Source: the human T2T-CHM13v2.0 reference genome, Homo sapiens
Reading direction: 5' to 3' (one strand)
DNA: 64,000 nucleotides
Assembly: GCF_009914755.1 (NCBI RefSeq)
Contig: NC_060944.1
The translations under genes and the position numbers were made by a program. This document shows positions 1 to 13,745 of the stretch, piece by piece. A model generated the notes under the pieces. That model was not told the origin of the DNA, made no database searches, and saw nothing but the letters and a program-made list of their open reading frames with translations. How positions within the stretch are numbered: the first letter of the stretch is position 1; every line of letters begins with the position of its first letter.

Positions 1-1572
1 AGATGACTCAGGTGCTGGAGCCACGAACCAAAAATGCAGGAGACACGGAATTGCCAACCCTGGGAAGATGCACTTGGGTCATGGGAGAGACAGACCTGAG
101 TGAGACATAATTCAAGGGGCATGATAGGCAGGTCAGTGGAGACACGAGGGACATGTTTTCCGGGAACACCAGGCATATGAGACAAGCTCAGGGGAAAGAT
201 GCTAAGGGGACACAGGTGGGGACATGGTTTCAGGGTGAGATGGACCCAAAGAATGGCTTTGCGGGGACACCCTTTAGGGCAACCCAGATGGCGGGACAGC
301 TCTTTGGGGACCCAGATTTAGGTCGGCAGTGTCATGCTCCGGCCTTGTGGGGCCATGGGCACAAAGAGACACAGGCTGAAGGTGAGACTTAGGGACAGGT
401 GTCAAGGGCCCGGGGTGGTTACTAGCCTGGCTGTGGTGTGCTTGGGCCGCACAGATCAGCGCAGAATTTGGTGGGACACATATGAGGAACACAGACACCA
501 AGTGACAGCCCTAGGCCCAGGTTTTTGAGGGTCTCAGACCTGTGGGACAGACATAGGAGGACCCAGATGCAAGGCATCCTGCCTTCAGGGATAGATTTTC
601 AGTGCATGGACCCAAAGGGACACGGCCCCGGGTGACACAGGTGGCCAAGCTGAGAACACCAGGCAGTGCCCAGCTGGGCTGTGAGTGTCTGTGCAACGTG
701 AACGTGCGGTTCTGGTTCTGAGGGACTGATGTTGGGGCACAGATGCTGCGAGAATTCTGGACAGAGGCCGTGGGACAGGGGTGGCAAGCCCAGGAGGCCG
801 GTGTTGGGCACGGGTTTGGAAGCCCCTCAGGACACCCCTGCCTGTCCACATGGGTGGAAGTCTGACTCCTTTGAACTTGGGGCAGCAGAGCAAGAGCTCC
901 TTCCCTTTGGAGCCCCCTCCTGGGACCCTCCTGCTCTGAGGTGGGAGTTCTGAGTTTGGCTCTGTGACCTCTGCACCCTCCCAAAGGGGACAGCTCTCGT
1001 CCAAAGGTGTTTCACTGAGATGTCAGCTCTGCTCTGAGGGTCCTCCGTGTTCCTGCTGGTCCCTATACTCTATAGTGACCGGCCTGGACCTGCAGAGGCT
1101 AGAAGAGGTCGATAACTGAGATTTGGGTTTACATTTCTGCCCAGGCATAGATTAGTCATGCAGCCTTGGATAAGTTACTCAACTCCTTTGTCTTCCTCGT
1201 TTTGTCAAATCCCAAGGATATCTCCTGGCAGGAATATTGCCAAACGCCTTGACCTCTCTAGGCAGAAGGCTGACCCATGAGGCCTCCACACTGTCAGAGG
1301 AGAGAGGAAAGAGGACTCCAGCGGCCGTCTGGGTTGTTCTCCTTAAAACGCTGCACAAACTGCTATTTGGGATTGTCAGGGCAGCCTCAGGGCTTCCGCA
1401 CAGGCAGCCAGTGTGGGCTGGTTTCTTCAGGGTCTCCTGACTGTCCAGCCCCAGTCCCTGTTCAAGCTCATGGGCAGTCTCGCCTCCCTTCTCTCTGGAC
1501 AGCCAGAGAGAGGGTTCCTGAGCTACCCCTGCCCCCTCTCTGCTCACCACCCAGCTTCCTGGCTCTAACTGA

Positions 1573-1731
<159 letters not shown>

Positions 1732-2066
1732 TAGCTCTGTGCAGCGTTAGCCCTAACTGTGAAGCTCACGCTGCCTCTGTGGTGTTTGGGTGGTGTCTAT
1801 GGGGAGGCGTGGCCTGCCCAGGGCCATAACCTTCCCCTTTGGTTTGTCCAGATGCTCATCCTTACATCTCCCCGCTTTCCCCCACAAACTCCCTCAGCCC
1901 AAACTTGAGCCCTTTGAGGCTGGGGCCCTGCAACCAGCCCATTTGTCTACCTAGAGACGCCAGTCCGGGTCAGAGCCCACAGTAACAGATCGATGGGAGG
2001 GGGACAGGCTAGTGCCATCCAAGCTGGGAAGGGAGAGGTCTTCTTGCAGCAACCTCTGTGCCCTGA

Positions 2067-2534
<468 letters not shown>

Positions 2535-2540
2535 TGAGCT

Positions 2541-2653
2541 GGGCCGTAGTGGGGGCCAGGGTGGGGGCCGTGGTGGGGGCCAGGGTGGGGGCCGTGGTGG
2601 GGGCCAGGGTGGGGGCCGTGGTGGGGGCCAGGGTGGGGGCCGTGGTGGGGGGC
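2541..2653. repeat. G-rich minisatellite, 24-bp unit GTGGTGGGGGCCAGGGTGGGGGCC, ~4.5 copies
   Basis: Direct reading; also seen as TTAPTLAP and VVGARVGA repeats in the ORF track. Confidence 0.95.
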
Positions 2654-3839
2654 TCCACGTGGGGTAGGGCACCTGGGTTGGGCCTGTGTGTCCCTGCCTG
2701 GGCCGTGAGCCCGTGACCTGGGACGGGGCTCTGGCCTGCCTGGGGCTCCCTGTGTGCTACCCTTCTCCCAGCCTGCCGCCCTGAGGAGTGGGTACAAGGT
2801 CAGGGCACACCTGGGCGGTGAGGGGCCTTTGTGAGGGCAGAGTGGCAACTGGAGGTGCAGTCACCCAGTGGTGTTGCTGCCTTAACCCTACGAGCTCCCG
2901 AGAGAGCAGGGGGCGGCCTGCAGAGGAGGGAGCAATGCACCCTCTGTGAAGAGAGGTACAACAACCATGTGAGAGCCAGGTGAATACTTTGTGTCCTACC
3001 CACATTCAGAAAACCTCTGCACACTGGCTCTTGCTCCTGAGTGGGAAGGGCAGACATGAACAGTAACCTCGGCAGGCCAGGACTGTGCTCTGGGCTGCTT
3101 TGTGGGAGTTCTGAGGCCCAGGTGGAAGTGAAGCTTCCCGACCACCCTCGAGGTGTAGTTGTTGACTGGTCTTCTATGGTGAGGGGGGACTACTCCTCCA
3201 GCCTTACCCTAAGTGCCATGGGTGGCCGTGGCCTCGGTGGGATATGCTTTCCCCCAGCAGGCTTATGCTCAGCTGAAAGGACTGCCAGAGCTTTTGAGGT
3301 CACTTCATTTGAAAAGAGGCCAGTTCCCCATTACGTCACCTCCCTGGGCTGGCTGAGGGACTGGCGCTGGAGCTCACAGTTAACTTTATTCTGACAGATG
3401 AAGCTGCTGCCTCCGTGTCTTAGACTGAGTACTTTCCTGGGCCTGTGTCATCCAGGGTCAGTGCCCAGGCTGTGGTCCAAGTGGGGCCCTGGGCTGCCCC
3501 AGAGCAGCTAACAGAACAAGCGCCAGAGAGGGCTGCAGAATCCAGCCCTGCAAGCTGGGAAGGGAGAGGAAGGGGGTGAGGGCAAGCCTGTCTCCCAGAC
3601 CCATGCAGAGGAGGCATCTTTGCCCAGAGCTTTCAAGGCCTTTAGGATATATTTCATCTTTGTGTGTCCTTGGCATAGAATGTTCCAAAACAGAAACTGA
3701 CTGGGCAGCTTGTACTGTGAGGGCTCAAGAACAGAGCCAGAGAGAAAACCCCTGTCCTGCAGAATGACAGGGTTATTCCCGGCTCTGGGCTTCTCTGGAG
3801 TTCACCTGGAGTTCTCACATCTGAATGACCTTGCCGTGA

Positions 3840-4034
<195 letters not shown>

Positions 4035-4109
4035 TGAGTGAGATGAGCCACAGAACTGAAGAGGCTGCCTCCCAAATGCCTGCAGAGGGCTTCTCAGTCT
4101 CCCGCAGGC

Positions 4110-4185
4110 TGTATGTGCATGTGTGTGAGTGCATGTGTGTGAGTGTACGTGCATGTGAGTGTACGTGCATGTGAGTGTGCACATG
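4110..4185. repeat. TG/CATG-rich simple repeat
   Basis: gtatgtgcatgtgtgtgagtgcatgtgtgtgagtgtacgtgcatg... Confidence 0.85.
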
Positions 4186-4584
4186 CCCCGGGCCCCCCAG
4201 GAGCAGAACTGCGGGGCAGTTTTGGAGCCACACAGGACAGAGTCTCATGTCTACCACATTCGCCAGTGCCTCAGCCAAAGCGCAAACTCCTGCACAGTTG
4301 CCTCTGCCTCCGACATGGGGCTCTGCCTCCTTGGAGTCGTCTGATGTGACCACTTGAGGCCCCTTGGGGATTCATTTGTGGAGATGCTGGTCCTGTCTGG
4401 AAAGAGCAGACTGCACCAGCCAAGGACCACGGACGTCCAGGAAGCACCATGAGCCACTAATCCTTGGCCGTCCTGCCTGTCCCTCCCCGACCCCAGGGAT
4501 AGACCCCAAGTCAAGGAAGAGGGTGGGTGCAGGCTTTGCTCCCCAGAGTGCTTTGTGGCCCCTGAGGTTCTGAGATCACAGTAG

Positions 4585-4792
4585 GTGTGTGTGAACATGT
4601 GGGAGCGTGTGTGTGCATGTTCACACGCCTGTTTGTGTTTGCATATGTGCGGGTATGTTTACATGTGCGTGCAAGTCCATGTGTATGTGAACACGTGGGA
4701 GCGTGTGTGTGCATGTTCACACGCCTGTTTGTGTTCGCATATGTGCGAGTATGTTTACATGTGCGTGCAAGTCCATGTGTGTGTGCATGTGT
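4585..4792. repeat. 96-bp tandem duplication of TG-rich sequence (2 copies plus tail)
   Basis: gtgaaca(t/c)gtgggagcg at 4591 and 4687. Confidence 0.9.
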
Positions 4793-5963
4793 AAATTTGG
4801 CTCTAATCAATAAGGATCTTTCAGAATGTGTCCCATTAGTGTCCCCTCCTTCCATGTGGCTCTAAGAAGTAAGTGCCACAAATAAGGCCAGAGGCTCAGA
4901 GAGTTGCCCAAGGCCACCCTGCCCATCCTGCCTGGCTTCAAAGTCTCTCCTCTATGGAGCTGAGTCCTTGGACCACGGTACCCACTGTCGAAGAGGACAC
5001 TTCCACTGCTCCTGTCTTCACCTGCAGACACCCTGCTCCCCACTCCCGTGAGGAACTAGAACTCACACACAGCTCCTCCTCCCCAGCTCTCAGACCCCTG
5101 TTCCATATCTGTCTCACCAGACAAGAGTGTAGGAGACCCCGGCTGGGGTGAGCGTGAATGACTGCATAGCCCCTTCCACTGTCCGCCTCCTTTCGGGGCC
5201 CACCTGACCCCGGCCCTTCCTGGCACATAATTGGCAAAGTTCCAGCCAGATGATCTTCGCTGCTCACCTTGGCTGTGTCATGCCCAGGCCCTTCCCTGGT
5301 CTGCTCCAGAGTGTTCCTCTGAAGGTGCAATTCCCACACGTGGGATCTCTGGGCAGAGCACAGAGACTTGCCTTCCTGCTCTGTGGGCATGCTTGCCATC
5401 CCACACACAGGCACCTTCAGCCCTGCAGGTCCCAGCAGGCTGCTTTCCACCAGCTGGCTCTCACAATGGTTTGAAGCTGCTTTTTTCCTCTATCTTATTT
5501 GCTGTTCCCTCCAGCTTCCTGTCAGTTGCTAATTCAATCCTTTCCCTCTTTGATCTAAATCACCGATAAAATGTCAAACCGCAGATTTGGCCCCCGTGTG
5601 AGGCCAGGCAGGGGTGTCAAACAGGCTCCAACTTTGGAGACTGCACTCCCTGGGACTATGACCTCAGTTTGTTCACTTATAAAAGTAGGACAACAAACTA
5701 AGTCGCTCATGAGGCTCAAGTGACACTCTGCCGCCCTCAGCCCATGGTGAATACTCACTGAACGCTAGAGAGATTGTGGCTAGGGTGGAGGAGGCCTCCC
5801 GTTAGGCCCTTTTGATTCTATCCAGCCCACATTTCTGGCTATCGAACTTTGGGGTGTGAGGACGGGCTTTGCAAAGCTTCGTTGGCATTGTGGACAATAA
5901 GTGTACAGATTCTGACTGAAGCCTTGGTCAAGGAAGCCATCAACGGTGGTACCAATGTTAAGC

Positions 5964-6280
5964 TTATTATTATTATTATTATTTTTAGTGACAGAGTGTC
6001 ACTCTGTTGCTCAGGCTGGAGTGCAGTGGTTTCAATCATAACTCACTATAACCTCAAACTCCTGGTCTCAAGTGATCCTCCCACCTCAGCCTCCCGAGTA
6101 CCTAGGAATACAGATGTGCCATCATACCTGCCTATTTTTTTTGCGTTTTTTTTTTTTTCTTTTTTTTGTAGAGAGGGTCTCACTAGGTTGCCCAAGCCGG
6201 TTTCTTACTCCTGGCTTCAACAGACCTGCCTTGGCCTCCAAAAGTGCTTGGATTATAGACATAAGCCACCATACCTGACC
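5964..6280 (-). mobile_element. Old Alu (AluJ-like), antisense, with (TTA)n tail
   Basis: Alu arms recognisable; target-site duplication caatgttaag at 5953-5962 and 6281-6290. Confidence 0.88.
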
Positions 6281-7357
6281 CAATGTTAAGTTTAAAGTTA
6301 GTTTTTTCCCTCCTGGCCTCACTCTTGCAACTTTTCTATCTGCCACTGGGGTCAGGATCCATCCTGGGGCTCCCACCCTTCCTGGAGAAGGAGAAAACAC
6401 CCACGTCCTGGTAGTGTTCAGTTCTTCCAGGCCCATCAGAGCTGGCCGTGGTTGCAGGGCTGGCCTGGTGGTCCTCTGTGCTGGGCTCTGTTCTTAGTCC
6501 ACACTTAAGTTCTCGTAGCACCCAGCACCTTGGAGGCTGTCATTGTCAGCTCCTTCTTAATTCCACTGATTGTACACTTTCCAGACTGAAGTCATTGCTT
6601 GGTCCAGACAGGAACAAAGAAAGCCATGGCTGCTTGCCAGGATCTCCTCTTCTCTGAGCTGCCAGGTTCAGAAGCTCCTCTGTGCCTGTGTGGTCACCAG
6701 CATCTACCACCAGTCTTCCTGCCCCTGTGCCTTCTATGCCAGTTTCTTCGTGCCATCTTTTGTGCATGTAAAATCCTGAAGTATTCCAAGAGCATTAGTG
6801 GCAGTGAACTGAATGCTTGCAGTAGCTTTTTCGTGGCTGTTGCTGACCCTTCCAACAGTTCCTTGAGGGTCCACCTCAACACAGCTTTAAGAAGAGGGCA
6901 GCTGAGGGCTGAGTCCCTGGCTGAATGAAGAAGGGTCAGGCCTGGCCCTGAGGCCACTCCTCAGAAATGCACCTGATACAACTAGCGTCTCCTGTAGATT
7001 CCTCAGCTTCCTCCTTGCTGGGGAGTTCTAGGTTATGCTGCCTTGGAGTGTCTTGCTATTGTCCTGGGCTATGCTACTCTTTGGCCCTGCCTGATACTCA
7101 CTCCAGTTGCAGCTGAGCTGTTTGAAACCTGCTCTCCTAAGTTCTGGGGAAAATCTTAGGCCCTCCTCTATCTGATGCTGTCAGCAGGACAGGCCATTGA
7201 TTATTTGAGGGTCCTATTGCTTCCTCCCTGCAGGCCATTCTTCACCGGCCTGCTCTGGGAGCCCTTGACCCTGGGAGGTGGAACTCTGCCCAGCTTTAGT
7301 GGTGGAATATGCAGGGGTAGTGTCTTCCTGAGTCTCCTTCCTCACCAGACGCTGTGA

Positions 7358-7765
<408 letters not shown>

Positions 7766-9296
7766 TAGGGAGGGAAACTCTACCCTCATGGGAGGACCAC
7801 GATGCAGGCTGGAGGTCTCAGCTGTCCCAGTGGGCACTGTGGTGGCTTTCTTGGGGCCTGCATCTCACTCCTGCTGCCACCTTCATGTTCACCATTAACA
7901 TTTATGTGTCTCCTAGTTATTTGTGAAACAAAACCCAGATCCGTTACGGGCGTGTGTGTCCAAAGACTTCAGAGCAACCCCACCAGCATGGTTCACACTG
8001 GGAGACGCCACTCTCCCCACTGTCCTCCTGCTACCTGTTTAATCCCAGTGCAGCCGGCTGTCCATTTCCCAGCCCTGCCTCTGGGGAGGGTCAGACTGTG
8101 GGCTGGGTGGGGCCAGATGACTGCGGGGCTGGGCCCAGTGCCCTGGCAGGAAGCCATTGCTCTCCTGGTGGGGACCATCTTACTGGATACAATGTGTTAT
8201 CTGTGACATTAGTAACAAATTTTCTGGGTAATTGTACTGACAAAAATCATTCCTACAAATCTTTAAGAACAATCCTTTCTGTCTTGTCTTGTCACTTACT
8301 GCCCTAATTTGTGGAATAAGCCCATTAGCCCTGGAAGTGCATGCGAAATGGAAAAGCATTCAGTGTACACATGAGATTGGGAGTGGCATCGCGGGGCAGA
8401 TGTTGTCAGCCCCAAACATGACGTGACGAGTTTCCTACATGAGAATAATAAAAGTACTGATTGATGCGGCTGCCAGTGGGGTGTGAGCCTCTCTTCCTAA
8501 CTTTGACAGAACCTGCTCTTTAGGATGGAGGACTTCCTGCCTCCAGGCACACATGCCTACTTGGATGAGGGAATGCAATGGTGCCAGTGGAGAGGGGGAC
8601 CTCACGATAAGCTTTCCAATATATCTAGACCTTTCTGGATATACTGGTGACATCGTGATTGCTGAGAACATCGTGCATGAGAGTGATTTTGCAGCTACAG
8701 TACAATTGCTAGAAAAGATAACATTCTGTGCCTTCATTTGTCATGTTCATTTGAGCAATAATGTTACTTTTTTAAGGCAGTGATGGTTACCGGGGACACC
8801 AAGTCAGCCTAAATATGGGTACACCCTTTTGAGATCATGGGACAAAATTTTCCTATTTGGGCGATATGGCAAACACTCATCCTATTCACAGAATGCTTCA
8901 GTTTCTGATAGACAAGTTATTTTTGTTTGAAATATCAGGGCTGCTGGAATGTCTTGGAGGCTTTTACTCCTTTTGCCCAAATTTTCACTGAGCCAGAAAC
9001 AAGATTGTCTCCTCAGTCCCCTAGAGGAGGGTGGGTGGGAGTGAGGTGTGTGAGGACTTGGGACTGGGACGGGTGGCCAAGCCCCTGGCCCACTTCGATA
9101 TAGCTGTGCCCTGGGCCCTCCCATCCCTCCCAAAGTGCCCCCTCCCCACTGACTTGTCTGCATTGCTGCCTCTTTTCAAGTTGTATATCAGCCTGGTGTT
9201 GTTCCCTTTTTGCAGCCAAACCTTTCCCAAAGGCCTCTTCCCCCAGGCACAGCCCCTCCAGTAGTTATGTGAGGAGCACTTCATCCTCTTCTGCAG

Positions 9297-9421
9297 GCTT
9301 TGACTACTCGCAGGACGCCGAGGCTGCACACATGGCTGCCACTGCCATCCTGAACCTCTCCACGCGCTGCTGGGAGATGCCTGAGAACCTCAGCACGAAG
9401 CCACAGGACCTCCCCAGCAAG
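9297..9421 (+). CDS. MYT1: MYT1 coding exon (MYT1 domain start); possible in-frame upstream acceptor gives exon start 9216
   Basis: ctgcag|GC...AAG|gttagt; [41 protein letters not shown]. Confidence 0.93.
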
Positions 9422-10074
9422 GTTAGTACATCTGCCACAGAGCCTTTCTTGGGAGAGGTGAGTTGGTGGAATTTGCAGTCAGGCCCACCTGCTCTCTGCA
9501 CAAAATGTCCCTAGGAATGGCTTGTGCCTAGCTGGCAATTCTCATTCTTAACTTTTTCTCCCTCCTGGCCATGGCCCCAAGGACCGCAGAGCTTGGATGG
9601 GTCCACCAGGAGAACCTGGTGTGCTGAGTGAAGGGGGACCAAGGGCTGCGAACACAAGTTCCCACGTGTTAGGTTGTGTGCACACCATGCGCCCGCGTGT
9701 CTCCCTCTGAGCCTGAGGGTGGTGCACACACATGCCCATGTGTTTCCTTCTGACTCCAGGGCGGTGCACGTGCCCTGTTCACACGTGTTTCCCGCAGTCT
9801 TGTGGTTGCTGACACACTCTCCTTGCTCAGAGGACCTAGTCTTACCCGTGTTTATGACATGTCCTGAGGGACTGGTTTTTGTGCTGTTGGGAGGCAAGAG
9901 GAATTGTAGGGCCCCCTTCATGGGAAATCAGGAAATGGCAGCTGGATTTTTTCCCTCTCGCTGCCTGTCTGTCCCCGTTGTCCTGCTTCCTTCTATGGGA
10001 ACCAGTGTTCTGGACTCTGTACGTTTGATTCAAATGGACCAGAAGGCACACATGGGAAGGGATGGAATCGCTAA

Positions 10075-10434
<360 letters not shown>

Positions 10435-11177
10435 TGATATTGGCTTTTCAAGGAAGCTTCTCCTCACAGGCTTCTGGAAGAGCCTCGGGGAGCCATCCCT
10501 TTTCGTGAAGGGTCCTTCATCTTCTGAGCAGCTGGGACTCAGGGGCTCACCCTCTGGGTGGGATTTTCAGCAGCAGGGTCATGCTGTGCCCTTGTCTGTC
10601 AAGAAGGAGGTGGTCTTCTCACCCCTGTGGAGCATGGTGGCCAGCACCAACGTGGGCACTGTGGAGGCATGGGGAGGAGAAAGGCATCGTTCAGATCCCA
10701 GGAGTTGATTGGGGAAAAGCTCAGGTTTCTTGGGTTTTGAGCCTCCCACCACCCTGCAGAGCTAACCTGCTGTCCGGGTAGGGGCAGAGCCAGTGAGAGA
10801 GCTTAGGACCTGGGCTTAGGATCGCCCATGGTGGGCAGTTCTACGTCCCCGAGACCAGGACCAACCTGGCATGGGTGCTGGAACTGTGGTCTGGGAAGCA
10901 GGGGATCCTTCCCTTTTTAGTTCCTTAAAACATGTGAAAGAAGAATCCTCCGAGGCCACAGCCGGTTCTGGGCTTTTTCCCAAGGAGGTGTGTGTCCTGA
11001 AGAGCAAAGTCCAGCTGTGAGGGCAGCCCAGGGTCCAGGCGGCAGCAGCCGCGTGTGTGAGACTAGCAGGCCCCTCTCCCTCTCCTTCCCCTCCCCCAAA
11101 GCCCCTCAGGAGGTGGAAGGGGTCCCTGTGGAAGGAGCAGGGCCAGACCCTCAAGGAGGAATGAGGGGGGTGGGGCT

Positions 11178-11329
11178 AGGCCCCTATGAAGGGTGGGGGC
11201 TGGATCAGGCCCCTATGAAGGGTAGGGGCTGGATCAGGCCCCTATGAAGGGTGGGGGCTGGATCAGGCCCCTATGAAGGGTGGGGGCTGGATCAGGCCCC
11301 TATGAAGGGTGGGGGCTGGATCAGGCCCC
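11178..11329. repeat. 29-bp minisatellite GGGTGGGGGCTGGATCAGGCCCCTATGAA, ~5 copies
   Basis: Units start at 11191, 11220, 11249, 11278 and 11307. Confidence 0.95.
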
Positions 11330-12068
11330 CTCCACAATCCGGCCTCAGTGGGAGGCAGACTTCCTTACCGGCCCTCACACCACCCTCAGGTCACCCCATT
11401 TCATAGACGAGCAGCCTGGGAACCCACAACGAGGTCCAATTATCCGAAGACTGTTATTATGCTGGGCTGTGGGCTTCACGGGCATTTCCTCATTTGACCC
11501 CCAAAAACCTTTGAGGGGCTGCTGTTATCTCAAGTTGGACAGAGTGGCACCTGGGCCCCAAGAGCCTGAGCCACTTGCCTGGGACACATGCGAGTGCCTG
11601 TCAGGACAGGATTTTGAGCTCTGGTTACAGCATCCTGCAGAATGTTGGCCTTCTGACCCTTCCTGGACCCCTGGCCCCTCCGTGGGAGGGACTACGCCCT
11701 GCTTATCTGTGTCCACAGCTCTGAGCCTCCATACCCAGCATTCAGTTCGAAGCCTTTATCAAGCACCTGCTGTGGTCAAGGCATCGCACTGGTGGGCGTG
11801 TCGGGCCAGGTGGTTTCGAGGTTACTGCGATTGTTGTAATTTGTATGTTATTACCCTCGTTGTGCCATCTCATCTTCATGGCATTTCGGTAACACTTATT
11901 TAGTGCCTACTGTCTATTGAGTGCCATCCCTGGCTCTGAAGGGAACTGTATCCTGATGTTTACGCTGCGGAGTGATGTGGCGGAGGGAGGCCAGGGAGGG
12001 TGTCAGGAGCCTGCCACACTGGGCAGCACCAGGCCTCATTTCTAGGGCAACGCAGGACCTCTGGCTGA

Positions 12069-12434
<366 letters not shown>

Positions 12435-13496
12435 TAAGTCCCTGTTTGGCTGGCACAGCTCCTAGGGGACCCTCTGTGGCCTGGGGAGGAACAGGCCCTG
12501 GTCCCAACCCATGACGACCGGGTCTGCTCAGGCTTTCCCCGACCTGTCCTGACCACCTCGAGCCAGGCAGCCTGTGACAGGAGCCAGGGTATTCAGAGGT
12601 TTCCCAACACCTTTGTGTTGTGCTGGGCTTTACTGCAATCTTCTAAAAGTGATTAAGAACAAAGAAATCCCCTGGCCAAGCTCACCAAGCAGGACAGAGC
12701 AGGGCAGGGGCAGAGTGGAGGAGAGCTCCTCAGAGAGCTCTGCAGGAAGCCCTCGGGGCACCCAGAGGCCTGGCCCTCTCCCTGAGGCCGCAGCTGGGCA
12801 CGTTCTGCCCTGGGCTCCATGGCCAAGGCCTGGAATGTACTGCCTTAGGGCTCACCACCCTCAACTCTGTCAGCCTGGCTGGCCCAGAGGCTGCGTGTCT
12901 GAGCTGGTCCGCATGGGGTTGGAACAGACAGAGTTGCTGATGGATATGAATCAGATGTCAATGACCTTCTGGTCAGCCTTCATTGCCAGCCACCTGTCCT
13001 AGGGGACTGTGAGAGGCTGTGCCTGGCACCTGCTCCACAGGTGATCCAGCTCTCACATGTGCTCAGAGTACATTTCTGGGGTCCCTCTTCTCCCCAACCT
13101 GAACCCCTCTTGTACCCTCACACTTGTAGCTTGCCCTCCTGGGAGTGGCTGGATCCAGGGAAGGCCTTGCTTCAGGGCCTGGAGAAGGGAAGGAGCTCCT
13201 CTGCCTAAATATTCGTGGGCACATACACGTGCACACACAGCACATGTGCGTCAGAGGCATCCTAACTTTAAGCTCAACTTTAATTTGGTTACTTTTTCTT
13301 CTTGAGTTAAGTTGTGTGGGAGAAACTTCCAGCCTGAGAGGCACCGGCTGTCCTCCAAGGACTGAGTGGAGGAGGGGCCACCGCTTGGCTCGCGGGTGAG
13401 CCAGGAGTGGGCACCAGTCTCCCTCGCAGAGCAGGCTCAGCCTGGGGGGCAGGTACACACCACTCTCCGGTCTGACACTCTTTTTCCTTTGTCCAG

Positions 13497-13559
13497 CTGT
13501 CCCACCCCTGGCTGTGACGGCAGCGGCCACATCACCGGGAACTACGCCTCCCACCGCAG
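13497..13559 (+). CDS. MYT1: MYT1 coding exon, N-half of zinc finger 4
   Basis: gtccag|C...CGCAG|gtttgt; [20 protein letters not shown]; 63 nt. Confidence 0.95.
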
Positions 13560-13676
13560 GTTTGTCTCCTGCTCGGGTCCGTCTGGCCTGGGTGCTTCGT
13601 GGTGGGTCTTCCTCCTCTCCTCCTCCTCTGCTCTCCCTCTTTGGCTTACCCCAATATCCCATCTCTTCTCTTTCAG

Positions 13677-13745
13677 CCTCTCTGGTTGCCCTCTTGCTGA
13701 CAAGAGCCTCAGAAACCTCATGGCTGCCCACTCTGCTGACCTCAA
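13677..13745 (+). CDS. MYT1: MYT1 coding exon, C-half of zinc finger 4 plus linker
   Basis: tttcag|C...CTCAA|gtatgt; [24 protein letters not shown]; 69 nt. Confidence 0.95.

Noticed and set aside
30-800. Recurrent GGGACA/GACAC motifs suggesting a decayed repeat
   Set aside because: No consistent period could be established by eye.
6290-7330. Possible old transposon or pseudogene remnant
   Set aside because: The composition looks coding-derived, but I cannot assign a family or a coherent frame without a Dfam/BLASTX search.
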